Source: Desulfobacterales bacterium RIFOXYA12_FULL_46_15 (GTDB lineage: Bacteria > Desulfobacterota > Desulfobacteria > Desulfobacterales > Desulfobacteraceae). Taken from it: a stretch of DNA of 64,000 nt. Positions within the stretch are counted from its first letter, which is position 1; each line of letters begins with the position of its first letter. The translations under genes and the position numbers were made by a program. This document shows positions 46,382 to 56,295 of this stretch, piece by piece. The DNA is taken from assembly GCA_001799395.1 (NCBI GenBank), contig MGTJ01000016.1, positions 6,353-70,352 on the forward strand, given 5' to 3'. A model generated the notes under the pieces. The model made no database searches and was not told where the DNA came from. It saw nothing but the letters and a program-made list of their open reading frames with translations.

Positions 46382-48676
46382 TCAGCTTTCCCGGCTGTCC
46401 AGGATATCCCGGACCAGATAAGATACATCCCTTACAGCCACCGGTTTATTTAAAAATCCCTTTATCCCTTTAAGATCATATTGGTTTTTATTGATCTGGT
46501 CACCGTAACCCGTACACAGAATAATCGGAATATCGGACCGGATATCGGATAGTTGCTCGGCCAGCTGATAGCCGGAAAGCTCCGGCATGGTTAAATCCGT
46601 AATGACAAGATCAAATGCCTCCGGGGACTGCCTGAACATCTCAAGGGCATCCTGGCTTTTCAGATGGCAGGTCACATGGTACCCGAGTTTTTCCAGCAGG
46701 TGCCGTTCCATGAAAGCCACTTTTTTATCATCATCCACAAGCAGGATTCTTTCCGTTCCATTTGCGAGAGGCCTGTCCTCTTTAGCTTTTTCTTCCATCC
46801 GGGTATCACCGGCATAGACCGGCAGATAGATTTCAAAACAGGTTCCTTCACCTTCTTTTGATCTGACGGAGATATGGCCGTTGTGAGATCGGATGATCCC
46901 GTCAACAACTGAAAGACCTATACCTGATCCCTTGCCTTCTTTTTTAGTTGTAAAAAAAGGATCGAATATTCTTTCCCTGACAGCCAGGGGTATCCCGTGA
47001 CCTGTATCTGCAAATTTGAGATAAATATAAGACCCCGGTTTTAAAGGATAGATCATATTGTCATCGGTGATGGCAATTTCATCAAGGACGACATCAAGAA
47101 CGCCTCCGTTTTCTTCCATGGCATGGATTGCATTGGAAATCAGGTTCATGACAACCTGGTGGGCCTGGATCGGGTCAGCCCAAAGAAGACCGCAGTTGTC
47201 GTTTATTTTTTCCCTGATGGCAATGGTTGCCGGAACAAAGGATCGCGCCAGTGCCAGGGCATCCCTGACAAACATATGGGGTTGCAATAATTTGAATTCA
47301 TTTTCTTTCTGCCGTGAAAATGTCAGCATCTGATTGACAAGACCCTTGGCGTACATGGCGCAGTCATGAATAATCTGAAGATGTTCTTTTTTCTTTGTCT
47401 CTTTATCATCGGTTTCCATCAGGAGCATTTCCGCATATCCGGAAATCGGCGTCAGGATATTGTTAAAATCATGGGCGATTCCACCGGCAAGGGTCCCGAT
47501 GGCTTCCATTTTCTGAGCCTGGAGCAATTGCTTTTCAAGACCCTTTCTCTCAGATATATCAATGGCCATGGCGCGGAATTCAATAATCTTTCCCTCTTTG
47601 TCCCGGACGGAATCAATGGAAATACTGATCCATATCTCATGTGCGTTTTTATTTTTGAATTTCATTTCAACATCCCTGACAGATCTCCCCTGTTCAAGGA
47701 TTTGCCTGACTTCATCCGGGGTCATGATCCCGGCCCCATCACTCACAAACAGCTTCCGGGCAGTATACCCTATGAGGTCCTCTTTTGAATAACCGGAAAG
47801 CCTTAACGTATTGTTATTACATTTGATGACATTCCCGTGATAATCCATGGAAAAATAGGCAATGGGCGCATTTTCATAAAGATCACGGTATTTTCTTTCA
47901 TTTTCCACAAGCTCAAGGGAAGTCCGGCGCAACTGTTTTTCTTTTTTCCATAAAAGAAGCGCTCCCTTTTTTCCCTTAAGTCTGCCCAGTGACGCAAGTG
48001 ATGCAATTTCAACCAGTTCGATGAGGATATCAAATTTTGATTTCAGCTCTTCTTCCCTTACGAATTTTGATTCCACACGATCCATGAGATCCTGGTCTGC
48101 GGTATTCACCACCAGAATCCCATAATCCGGGATATAGATGGAAACATAATTTTTAGCATGAAAATGTTTGATAATTTTTAAATCCACCCGGATATTGATT
48201 TCCGGTTCACTAATGATTTTACCGTTATAACTGTAAAACGGGATTTGGGCATATTGTTCGTCTATTTTGTAAATATTACCTGAAATATCAGGGCTGAAAA
48301 GAATACTGATTCCTTTTTTATAATAATCGGCACAGGTTCTGAGCATATAGGAAATAACCCCGTCACTGTCCTGCCATTCACCTGATTTTTGATCCTGTTT
48401 ATAAAAATATACCGGGCTTAGTTTTTTCAGGGTGACGATTTGATTTCCAAAAAACTTTAAAAGCTTGCCTCTCATGCCTCTGCCGTCAAATACGTCCATG
48501 ACTCCCCGATCCCAGTCACTGATGGGAAGAAATCTGGCTTTTGAATGGTTTGTGCCATATAATATGCCGACCTGCTCGGCCGAAAGAAGGTCCATGGTAA
48601 TTTTCAAAAGTTTTTTCAAGGGGTCTCCCCTTTTGAAAAAATCCCTTTCGATATGATCAATGTTTAATTCCGTCAC
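46382..48676 (-). CDS. Hybrid histidine kinase: divergent GAF-like domain-PAS-HisKA-HATPase-REC (paralogue B)
   Basis: Same architecture (LAGGIAHDFNNIL, GSGIGL, ITDLTMP); GTG start. Confidence 0.9.
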   Translation of the reverse strand: MTELNIDHIERDFFKRGDPLKKLLKITMDLLSAEQVGILYGTNHSKARFLPISDWDRGVMDVFDGRGMRGKLLKFFGNQIVTLKKLSPVYFYKQDQKSGEWQDSDGVISYMLRTCADYYKKGISILFSPDISGNIYKIDEQYAQIPFYSYNGKIISEPEINIRVDLKIIKHFHAKNYVSIYIPDYGILVVNTADQDLMDRVESKFVREEELKSKFDILIELVEIASLASLGRLKGKKGALLLWKKEKQLRRTSLELVENERKYRDLYENAPIAYFSMDYHGNVIKCNNNTLRLSGYSKEDLIGYTARKLFVSDGAGIMTPDEVRQILEQGRSVRDVEMKFKNKNAHEIWISISIDSVRDKEGKIIEFRAMAIDISERKGLEKQLLQAQKMEAIGTLAGGIAHDFNNILTPISGYAEMLLMETDDKETKKKEHLQIIHDCAMYAKGLVNQMLTFSRQKENEFKLLQPHMFVRDALALARSFVPATIAIREKINDNCGLLWADPIQAHQVVMNLISNAIHAMEENGGVLDVVLDEIAITDDNMIYPLKPGSYIYLKFADTGHGIPLAVRERIFDPFFTTKKEGKGSGIGLSVVDGIIRSHNGHISVRSKEGEGTCFEIYLPVYAGDTRMEEKAKEDRPLANGTERILLVDDDKKVAFMERHLLEKLGYHVTCHLKSQDALEMFRQSPEAFDLVITDLTMPELSGYQLAEQLSDIRSDIPIILCTGYGDQINKNQYDLKGIKGFLNKPVAVRDVSYLVRDILDSRES

Positions 48677-48915
48677 AATACCAATCTCTCAAAAAATGAA
48701 ATGCCGATGGTTCAGTCATTTCAATAGAACCAGAAAAACAGATAAGGGTCAAGTATTAATAGGCAAAACGGATTTTAGATCCGGTTATGGTATCCGGTTG
48801 TATGGGAAATGAAATAAAAAAACCCGGTTGCTGTTTTTAAAAACAACCTTGAAAAGTCATGAGGAATCATCTATCAATGGGAAATGATCAATTTATCCAA
48901 AAAAAGAGTATTGCC

Positions 48916-49815
48916 ATGAGAATTGTCACACGACCCGATTTTGACGGGATAGTATGTGCCGTGCTGTTGAGACGGGCTGAAAAAATCGATACAGACATTT
49001 ACTGGGTTGAACCGGGTGAGATCCAGACTGGAAAAGCCTGCATTTCAAAAGGCGACATCATTTCCAACCTTCCCTATGTGCCGGGTTGCGAATTATGGTT
49101 TGACCACCATATTTCCAATAAGGTCCCGGAAAAAACAAAAGGCGCCTTTGACATCGCACCATCAGCAGCCGGTGTCATTTACAAATATTATCAGGCCATG
49201 GGCAGACTTGATAACCGATATGATGAACTGGTTTTGAATACCGATATTATTGATGCAGCCCTTTTGGACCGAGACCAGGTGAGATACCCTGAAAAATACC
49301 CGTATATCCTCCTGTCAATGACCATAAAAAACCAGGCATACAAAGACCGTCCTTATTGGAATCTCCTGGTGGATCTTTTAACGGAATCCTCCATCCTTCA
49401 AATCCTTGAGATTCAGGACGTAAAAAAACGCTGTAATTCAGTAATAGAAGAAAACGCCGCCTATGAAAACCATCTGACCGCACATACAAAGATTCGGCAC
49501 AACATCTCCATTACGGATTTCAGAACCCTTGAACAGGCTCCTGAAGGCAACCGGTTTCTGACCTATTCCCTTTTCCCGGAAAGCATTGCCAGTGTGAAAA
49601 TCCGGTTTGACAATGCTGAACAAAAGCACGTACAGATCAGCATCGGCCGAAGTATTTTCAACCGGAACTGCCGTGTCAACATCGGTAAGCTCCTGGCCCG
49701 GTTCGGCGGCGGCGGCCATGCAGGGGCAGGAGGCTGCACCCTGAGTTTTGAAACAGCAGACAGGAAAATTGAACAGATCCTTGATGTCCTGTTTCAAAAC
49801 AAACCGGAAACTTAA
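48916..49815 (+). CDS. DHH/DHHA1 phosphoesterase (exopolyphosphatase-like / nanoRNase-like)
   Basis: MRIVTRPDFDGIVC, WFDHH, APSAA and GGGGHAGAG. Confidence 0.85.
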   Translation: MRIVTRPDFDGIVCAVLLRRAEKIDTDIYWVEPGEIQTGKACISKGDIISNLPYVPGCELWFDHHISNKVPEKTKGAFDIAPSAAGVIYKYYQAMGRLDNRYDELVLNTDIIDAALLDRDQVRYPEKYPYILLSMTIKNQAYKDRPYWNLLVDLLTESSILQILEIQDVKKRCNSVIEENAAYENHLTAHTKIRHNISITDFRTLEQAPEGNRFLTYSLFPESIASVKIRFDNAEQKHVQISIGRSIFNRNCRVNIGKLLARFGGGGHAGAGGCTLSFETADRKIEQILDVLFQNKPET

Positions 49816-50108
49816 AGTTTCTCCCGGACGCTTGCTACCTTTTCTGCCATGGTCTGTTCCCTGTCAATTCTCGTACCTGCTTTTATGGTCGTGGTGATCC
49901 TGGGAGCACCCATGTCATGAATCCTTTCATGGCATTTTTTAACCACAGCGAATACATCGTCCCAGTCCCCTTCAATATTGGTCCCATAAGCATGCAATTC
50001 ACATGAAAGCCCGGCTTTCTTTATTATTTCATGACAGACGGCTACATATTTTGAAACAGACACTCCCACTCCAATGGGAACCACACACAGATCCATAATT
50101 ACGTTCAT
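49812..50108 (-). CDS. MTH1187 / thiamine-binding family protein
   Basis: VVPIG-GVSVSKYVA, AYGTNIEG and TRIDR. Confidence 0.9.
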   Translation of the reverse strand: MNVIMDLCVVPIGVGVSVSKYVAVCHEIIKKAGLSCELHAYGTNIEGDWDDVFAVVKKCHERIHDMGAPRITTTIKAGTRIDREQTMAEKVASVREKL

Positions 50109-50307
50109 TTTAAACCTCCTTTTCTCAGGGTCAGCTCATTTTATCCAAATCCGTATCAGGATGCAAGCTTCGGATGGATATCCTTGACTTCACGGCAAAG
50201 TTTGAATAAGAAAACCTTTGAGCAACGGAACTTATTTTTTTATACAGATTCAACACTGGAAAGAATCTATTAAATGAATGTATTAACCCCATCAGGAACT
50301 AATCATC

Positions 50308-51090
50308 ATGACAACCCAAAAAGCAGCAGATCATATCGTTCAATGGCTTTCGGACTATCTCGGGCAAACCGGATTAAAAGGTTTTGCCGTTGGGATTTCA
50401 GGCGGCATTGATTCCGCCGTCACATCCACCCTGTGCGCCAGGACCGGGAAACCGGTTCTAGCCCTGAACATGCCCATCCTTCAGGCAAAAGACCAGGTAT
50501 CCCGGTCATCGGCCCATATTCTCTGGCTTGAAAAACATTTTAGCGCAGTCAAAGGCATTGATATTGAATTAACCCCTGTGTTTGAACAGGTCAAAACATG
50601 CTTTCCCCATGATATCCAGGATGGCCTGACCATGGCCAATACCCGTTCCCGCCTTCGCATGCTGACCCTCTACGCCTTTGCTTCGAACCATAGGCTCCTG
50701 GTGGCTGGAACCGGCAACAAGGTAGAGGACTTTGGCGTGGGATTTTTCACCAAGTATGGGGATGGAGGGGTGGATATTTCCCCCATTGCAGATCTCATGA
50801 AATCCGAAGTCTATGCCATAGGAAAAGACCTGGGCATTATTGACGACATCCTTTCGGCGCCGCCTACTGATGGTCTCTGGGAAGACAACCGCACCGATGA
50901 AAACCAGATCGGAGCCACCTATGCGGAATTGGAATGGGCCATGAAATATCTTGCATCACCTGGAAAAAAGAGTTTAACCGACCGGCAAAAACAGGTTGTG
51001 GACATTTATAAGAAATTCAACACAGCCAACCGGCATAAAATGTTGCCTATCCCTGTATGCCCGGTTCCAGGGGAATTGTGGACAGCATAA
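50308..51090 (+). CDS. nadE: NH3-dependent NAD+ synthetase
   Basis: GISGGIDSAV, ANTRSRLRM, GTGNKVE, GFFTKYGDGG and PPTDGLW; no glutaminase domain. Confidence 0.95.
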   Translation: MTTQKAADHIVQWLSDYLGQTGLKGFAVGISGGIDSAVTSTLCARTGKPVLALNMPILQAKDQVSRSSAHILWLEKHFSAVKGIDIELTPVFEQVKTCFPHDIQDGLTMANTRSRLRMLTLYAFASNHRLLVAGTGNKVEDFGVGFFTKYGDGGVDISPIADLMKSEVYAIGKDLGIIDDILSAPPTDGLWEDNRTDENQIGATYAELEWAMKYLASPGKKSLTDRQKQVVDIYKKFNTANRHKMLPIPVCPVPGELWTA

Positions 51091-51120
51091 CCAGGAAAGA
51101 ATTCCGATTTTTTTCATGCA

Positions 51121-53376
51121 TCAGAACTTCCATGATTCAAGAACTTTTTTCGCTCCTTTGACCGTGGTCTCAGACAGCATCCTTTTTGCGTATTCCACGG
51201 CATCGGCCATGGACAGATTCATAATGGTCTTCTGCACCATGGGCAGAAACTGGGGGTCCACACTCAGGATACGGATACCCACACCCAGAAGAAAGGGGAT
51301 ATACTCTTTTTCATGTGCCATTTCACCGCACACAGAGACCTCGATACTGTTTGCATAGGCAGCTTCGGCAATTTTTGCAATGCCCCTGTTCACAGCCGGG
51401 TGGCAGGGAATATAATAGTCTGCCACCATCTTGTTGGCGCGGTCGGCTGCAAGAAGATACTGAATAAAATCATTGGTGCCGATGGAAAAAAAATCTGCCT
51501 CCTTTGCAAATTCATCAATGGTTGCCAGGGCAGAAGGCAGTTCCACCATCATCCCGATGGCCACATCCCTGTTGAATTCCGATTCTTCCCCGGACAAGGC
51601 ATCCATACAGTCGTAAACCACCTGTTTGGCTTCCAAAAATTCATCCAGGGATGAAATCAAAGGAAAAATGATCCGGATATCTTTTTTTCCGGCAGCCGCC
51701 CTCAGCATGGCCCGGATCTGGAATTCAAAGACATCCCGGTGTTTCAGGGAAAACCGGATGGACCTAAGCCCCAGTTCCGGGTTGGTTTCTTTGGGAGAAT
51801 CGCTGTAGGCAAGGGTTTTCTCCCCTCCGGCATCCAGGGTCCGGATCATGACGGGATGGTCCTGCATTTCATCAAACAATTTTTTGTAAATCACATACTG
51901 CTCTGCCTCTGATGGAAAGGTGGACCGGATCAGGAAGGGAAATTCCGTACGGTAAAGACCAATGCCTTCTGCCTTCAAAGTCCTGGCAAGAGGGACTTCG
52001 CTGAGCAAATTGATGTTTGCCAGCAATATGACCCGTTTTTTATCCTTTGTCCATGTGGTGCTTTCCATGGATGCGGAATGAGCCTGTCTTTCAACCCCGG
52101 CTTTTGTTTCGAAAAGCTTAATGGTTTTTTTATCCGGGTTTATGTAGATATTGCCAAGGTCACCGTCCATCAGAATGGTAGTATTTCCCGGCAGATTCAG
52201 AAGCCCGGATTCTTCGGCAATAATGAGCGGAATTTGAAGCGACCTTGCAAGGATGGTCACATGGGAGGTAACGCCGCCGCTGGCAAGGATGATACCTTTT
52301 ATACCGGCTGACACATATTTGAGGATATCCGAGGGGAACACCTGCCTTGCAATTGCGATATTTCCTTTTTCATAAGTATTTTTTTCATCCCTGGCCCTGA
52401 AATTATTCAAAATCCGGACACTCAGATCTTCAACATCCTGGGACTTTTCCCTCATATAGGCATGGGGGCTTGCTGAAAAAACAGCCATATATTTGGCTGC
52501 CACTTTCCGGACTGCATCAACAGGGTTCAGGCCCTCATCAATGAGTTCCCCCATTCTGCCGATAAAATTTTTATCCTTTAATATCATAAAATGGGCGGTA
52601 AAGATAAGGGATGCGCTTTCAGGCAGTTTCTGCTCAAATCCTTTCTGAAGATCCTTTAGTTCCTGGGTGGTTTTTTCAATGGCAAGACTGAAATCCTGTT
52701 TTATAAACTGATCCTCTCCCGGAACCGGGTCATAAAGAATGGATTTTTGCTGTTCATTCAATACAACCGCTTTTCCCAGGGCATACCCGCCTGCAGCCGC
52801 GTTTCCTTTGACAAACACAAGGGAATCTATGGCTTCCGCATCTTCCCGGGTCTGGGAGAATTCGATTAACAGCCTTGCATTTTCTATGGAGCCTGCAAGA
52901 TGGTTGACCACAGCCCAGATCGCTCTTTCATCCGACATTTCAAAATGATTCAGATCCCTGTGCTGGACCACCAGTACCCCGATCTTCTCAACACCCCGTT
53001 TAATGGGAACACAAAGAAATGAATTATAGGGATCTTCACCTGCTTCTTTAAAATATTTAAACCCCGGAGTTTTACCGGCATTGCCTTCCCTTACAATGGA
53101 AAGGGTCTCAAAGGACCGTCCCACAAGCCCTTCGCCGGGCTTCATATGTATTTTGTTGACTGCCCCGGGTTTTAATCCCTTTGTGGCTTTCAGGGTCAGG
53201 CGGTTTGATTTTTCATTATACAGATAGATGGAACAGACCGGGGCATTAAAATGCCGGGCCACCAAATCCACGGCAAGCTCAAGAAAACTCTCCAGATCCG
53301 AGCTTCCCGTAACAAGATCGGCCAGTTCGCCGATATCAAACAAAAGATTGAGATAATCAGACGCTTTTTTCTGCAT
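51121..53376 (-). CDS. ptsP: GAF-containing PEP-protein phosphotransferase (EI-Ntr)
   Basis: N-terminal GAF; GGVTSH (phospho-His), GIGLYRTEF, NPELGLRSIR, SIGTNDFIQY and VCGEMA. Confidence 0.93.
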   Translation of the reverse strand: MQKKASDYLNLLFDIGELADLVTGSSDLESFLELAVDLVARHFNAPVCSIYLYNEKSNRLTLKATKGLKPGAVNKIHMKPGEGLVGRSFETLSIVREGNAGKTPGFKYFKEAGEDPYNSFLCVPIKRGVEKIGVLVVQHRDLNHFEMSDERAIWAVVNHLAGSIENARLLIEFSQTREDAEAIDSLVFVKGNAAAGGYALGKAVVLNEQQKSILYDPVPGEDQFIKQDFSLAIEKTTQELKDLQKGFEQKLPESASLIFTAHFMILKDKNFIGRMGELIDEGLNPVDAVRKVAAKYMAVFSASPHAYMREKSQDVEDLSVRILNNFRARDEKNTYEKGNIAIARQVFPSDILKYVSAGIKGIILASGGVTSHVTILARSLQIPLIIAEESGLLNLPGNTTILMDGDLGNIYINPDKKTIKLFETKAGVERQAHSASMESTTWTKDKKRVILLANINLLSEVPLARTLKAEGIGLYRTEFPFLIRSTFPSEAEQYVIYKKLFDEMQDHPVMIRTLDAGGEKTLAYSDSPKETNPELGLRSIRFSLKHRDVFEFQIRAMLRAAAGKKDIRIIFPLISSLDEFLEAKQVVYDCMDALSGEESEFNRDVAIGMMVELPSALATIDEFAKEADFFSIGTNDFIQYLLAADRANKMVADYYIPCHPAVNRGIAKIAEAAYANSIEVSVCGEMAHEKEYIPFLLGVGIRILSVDPQFLPMVQKTIMNLSMADAVEYAKRMLSETTVKGAKKVLESWKF

Positions 53377-54193
53377 AGATTAAATTCGTCTCCTTCTTGA
53401 TTTCCGGCGTCGGAATGCCAAGGCTGCACGGCACCAGAACCTGGCATTTTCCACACACATCAGTGGTCTGTTGCAGGCCTGAAAGTTCTCTGGTTTCATG
53501 AAGATTGGATTGCAGTCTTGCCCAGCATTTTTTCCGGTCAATGCCTTTATTTGCATTTACAGCCCCGACAGGACAGCGGCGCACGCAGGCAAGGCATTTA
53601 TGGCCGTTCTTATGAAGACAGAGTTCTTTTTCGCTGACCAGGGGATGATCACCCAGGTCTGCTTCGGTCACAAGGCTTCCCAGTCGTCCGGCACAGCCGG
53701 AGGGAGTAATAAACTGGGCATTTACCCCAAAACGCCCGAGACCCGCAATATACCCGATATGTTTGTGTGACCATCGGGCCATAAGGATTACGGGATCAAA
53801 ATTATGGGTTGCAGGAACCAGGGCCGAGTGATATCCGGCATCTTCCAGAAAATCCCTGATTTCCGTACACAGGCTGTTAATCAAATCATTGGTTGCTTCA
53901 TAAGCCAAACCCCAGTTCCGGCACGGAATTTTTCCATGATGATTTTCCTCGGCAAGGTCTTTGATAAAAGGAATAAAAAACACTATTATGGATTTGCCCG
54001 TCGACAAAAGATCCTTGGGAAGAGAATGATCAGGTGCAGCAATTTTCGGCAGGATATCAAACCGTTCATCTGCCCGTGCCGTTGCCAGAAGAGGAGTCCG
54101 CCAGAAGTTTGTTCCTTCGGGGGCTGATGGATAGTCCCCAACGTAGTTTTCCATAAATGCGTTTAATTCCCCATATGTGACCGGTGTGGTCAT
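53357..54193 (-). CDS. QueG / reductive dehalogenase-like 4Fe-4S protein
   Basis: WSHKHIGYIAGLGRFG, RLGSLVT, C-x6-CxxCxxxCP and a terminal CGKC...PC. Confidence 0.75.
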   Translation of the reverse strand: MTTPVTYGELNAFMENYVGDYPSAPEGTNFWRTPLLATARADERFDILPKIAAPDHSLPKDLLSTGKSIIVFFIPFIKDLAEENHHGKIPCRNWGLAYEATNDLINSLCTEIRDFLEDAGYHSALVPATHNFDPVILMARWSHKHIGYIAGLGRFGVNAQFITPSGCAGRLGSLVTEADLGDHPLVSEKELCLHKNGHKCLACVRRCPVGAVNANKGIDRKKCWARLQSNLHETRELSGLQQTTDVCGKCQVLVPCSLGIPTPEIKKETNLIYAEKSV

Positions 54194-54330
54194 GGCCCCC
54201 CCATTTAAAATTATAAAATTGCCTTAGAAATATGGCAGGGTATCACAAATCATGGATTAATAACATAATGATTTTGATTTAGGATGGACGTCTGAAGAGA
54301 AAAAAAACACATGCAAAAGAATGACTGGCT

Positions 54331-54531
54331 TCAGCCTGAATGATCAGAAGAAAGATAAGGGATTAGAAAAATAAAACAGGCGATAAGAAAAAATAACCCG
54401 CCGAAAAGACCGATCATATCTCCGGATCGGATGCTTGAGCCAATGAAGAAGAGGGCGGATACGATAAAAAGTATCCACCCCAATATTTCATACTTGAATT
54501 TAAATTGTTCTTTGTTTTTCAACACAGTCAA
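54331..54531 (-). CDS. Small two-TM membrane protein
   Basis: 66 aa with GWILFIVSALFF...GGLFFLIACFIFLIP; co-oriented, 4 nt downstream of the phosphatase stop. Confidence 0.6.
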   Translation of the reverse strand: MTVLKNKEQFKFKYEILGWILFIVSALFFIGSSIRSGDMIGLFGGLFFLIACFIFLIPYLSSDHSG

Positions 54532-54535
54532 TGGA

Positions 54536-56164
54536 TTATTTGTTCAGCACCGCATCAATAAGATTCCGGCCTACCTGTGTGTGGTGAAGGATGCTTCCAA
54601 AAGGAGACATTGCTTTTGGGGATCCCTTGGCAAACACTATAACCGGGGTTGACGTATGGGTGCCGGTATTCCAGACAACGGACTGGGCACTGGCAACTTC
54701 CAGGGCCAGGAGGTTCTGCCTGTTGTCATCGGTCTGGTATACGAAAAACTCATCTTTTACCAGTAGTTTCGGCACGGTTTTAGTTCCCATGTAGCCGTGA
54801 CCTTCAACAAACATGGGATTATCCTCTTGTTCCAGGACCCTTGCGGCCTGTTCTTCGGTGATGGGAAACCGGGTGTGCTGATTTACTAGCTTTGCAAGGG
54901 TGGCCGGGGTCTGTTCTTGTTTTGGCAGAACATCAAATTTGTTTAAAAAAATACTGCTGTAGCTCAGGTCCTGGTTGTATATTTTATCCAGGACGGCGGG
55001 ATTGCCGAAATTATATTCAGGTGCAAATTTTCTGTTCTGGAAAGATTTACCTGAAAGGCTTTTTGCTTCAGGGATTCCCTTGCCTTGGTAACTGAATCCA
55101 AAACCGCCTGTTGTATGGTCTGCCGTGACGACAATCAATGTATCATCACGGTCTTTTGCCCAGTTCAGAATATATTCGAGCGTATCATTCATGACCAGCA
55201 TTTCATGAAGCATGAGGCCTGTATCGTTGTAGTGGGCCGCCCAGTCGATAAGTCCTGCTTCAATCATCAGGAAAAACCCTTTTTCATTTTTGGATAGTAT
55301 ATCAATGGCCTTTGACGACATCTCCTTCAGGGTCGGAATGGTTCTTTTTGGGTCGTCTTTGGTTCTGTTTACCTCAATGCCGTCAGGCATGGCTGAAGTT
55401 GTAAACAGCCCAAGGACCTTACCCTTTGAGCTTTCCATCTGGGACTTATCAAAGGCCAGGGCATATCCTTTTTGCTGGGCCTCGATTAAGAGATTCCGAC
55501 TGTCTTTTCTTTTGGATTTGATTTTTACCGCGCCCTGGGTCATCTTTTCCAGTTCTTTAAGAATTGGAGCGTTTTTATCATTGGCTTCCTGGGGAACAAA
55601 GTATCTCAGTCCTCCGCCAAACATTACATCCGGGCCTGCATTAATCATGTCAACGGCAATTTCGTTTTCCAAGTCCCTATGGGGCTGATGGGCCGCAAAT
55701 GCGGCAGGGGTTGCATGGGTAACCCGGGTATCGGAAACAAGCCCGGTTGCTTTGCCGGCTTTTATGGCCTTCTCTACAATGGTTTCCACGGAATTCCCGT
55801 CTTTGTCCAGTCCGATCATTTCAGATCCTGCAAATTGCCCTGAAGCCAGTTGCGATCCGGATGCAGCCGAATCAACAACCAGAACATTGTCTGCATGGGT
55901 CATGGACATCCCCATGATACCGCCTTGTTCCATGATTCGATCAAAAGAAGTTTTTCTGTCTATAATTACGGAATTCGGTGCCTGTCTGGCATAGGTCAGC
56001 AGCAGCCCGATCTGTTCCGGCCCCATTCCGTCTCCGATGAGCATGATGACGTTTTTAGGCTTGGATTCATTTTTACCTGCTACATCTGCCTGCTTTGGTA
56101 CACAGGCGCTTATTATAAAACCGATCATAAAAATTGCAAGGATTGTTTTTATTCGATTTTTCAT
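54536..56164 (-). CDS. phoA: Alkaline phosphatase, Vibrio-type, with putative lipoprotein signal
   Basis: MIGDGMG, VVDSAAS (catalytic Ser), THATPAAF, EAGLIDWAAH, TADH and GTHT; ISA-C21 lipobox. Confidence 0.9.
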   Translation of the reverse strand: MKNRIKTILAIFMIGFIISACVPKQADVAGKNESKPKNVIMLIGDGMGPEQIGLLLTYARQAPNSVIIDRKTSFDRIMEQGGIMGMSMTHADNVLVVDSAASGSQLASGQFAGSEMIGLDKDGNSVETIVEKAIKAGKATGLVSDTRVTHATPAAFAAHQPHRDLENEIAVDMINAGPDVMFGGGLRYFVPQEANDKNAPILKELEKMTQGAVKIKSKRKDSRNLLIEAQQKGYALAFDKSQMESSKGKVLGLFTTSAMPDGIEVNRTKDDPKRTIPTLKEMSSKAIDILSKNEKGFFLMIEAGLIDWAAHYNDTGLMLHEMLVMNDTLEYILNWAKDRDDTLIVVTADHTTGGFGFSYQGKGIPEAKSLSGKSFQNRKFAPEYNFGNPAVLDKIYNQDLSYSSIFLNKFDVLPKQEQTPATLAKLVNQHTRFPITEEQAARVLEQEDNPMFVEGHGYMGTKTVPKLLVKDEFFVYQTDDNRQNLLALEVASAQSVVWNTGTHTSTPVIVFAKGSPKAMSPFGSILHHTQVGRNLIDAVLNK

Positions 56165-56295
56165 GTAAATAGACCCTTTAGTTTTGGATAGTATTATTCG
56201 GTGTAATACTGTCCGATAAAACGCATCATAGGCATCCTTCTTTAAATCCCTATGAAAAGAAGGATGCCTTTCCAATTATGCCTTTCTCTAGTTGA

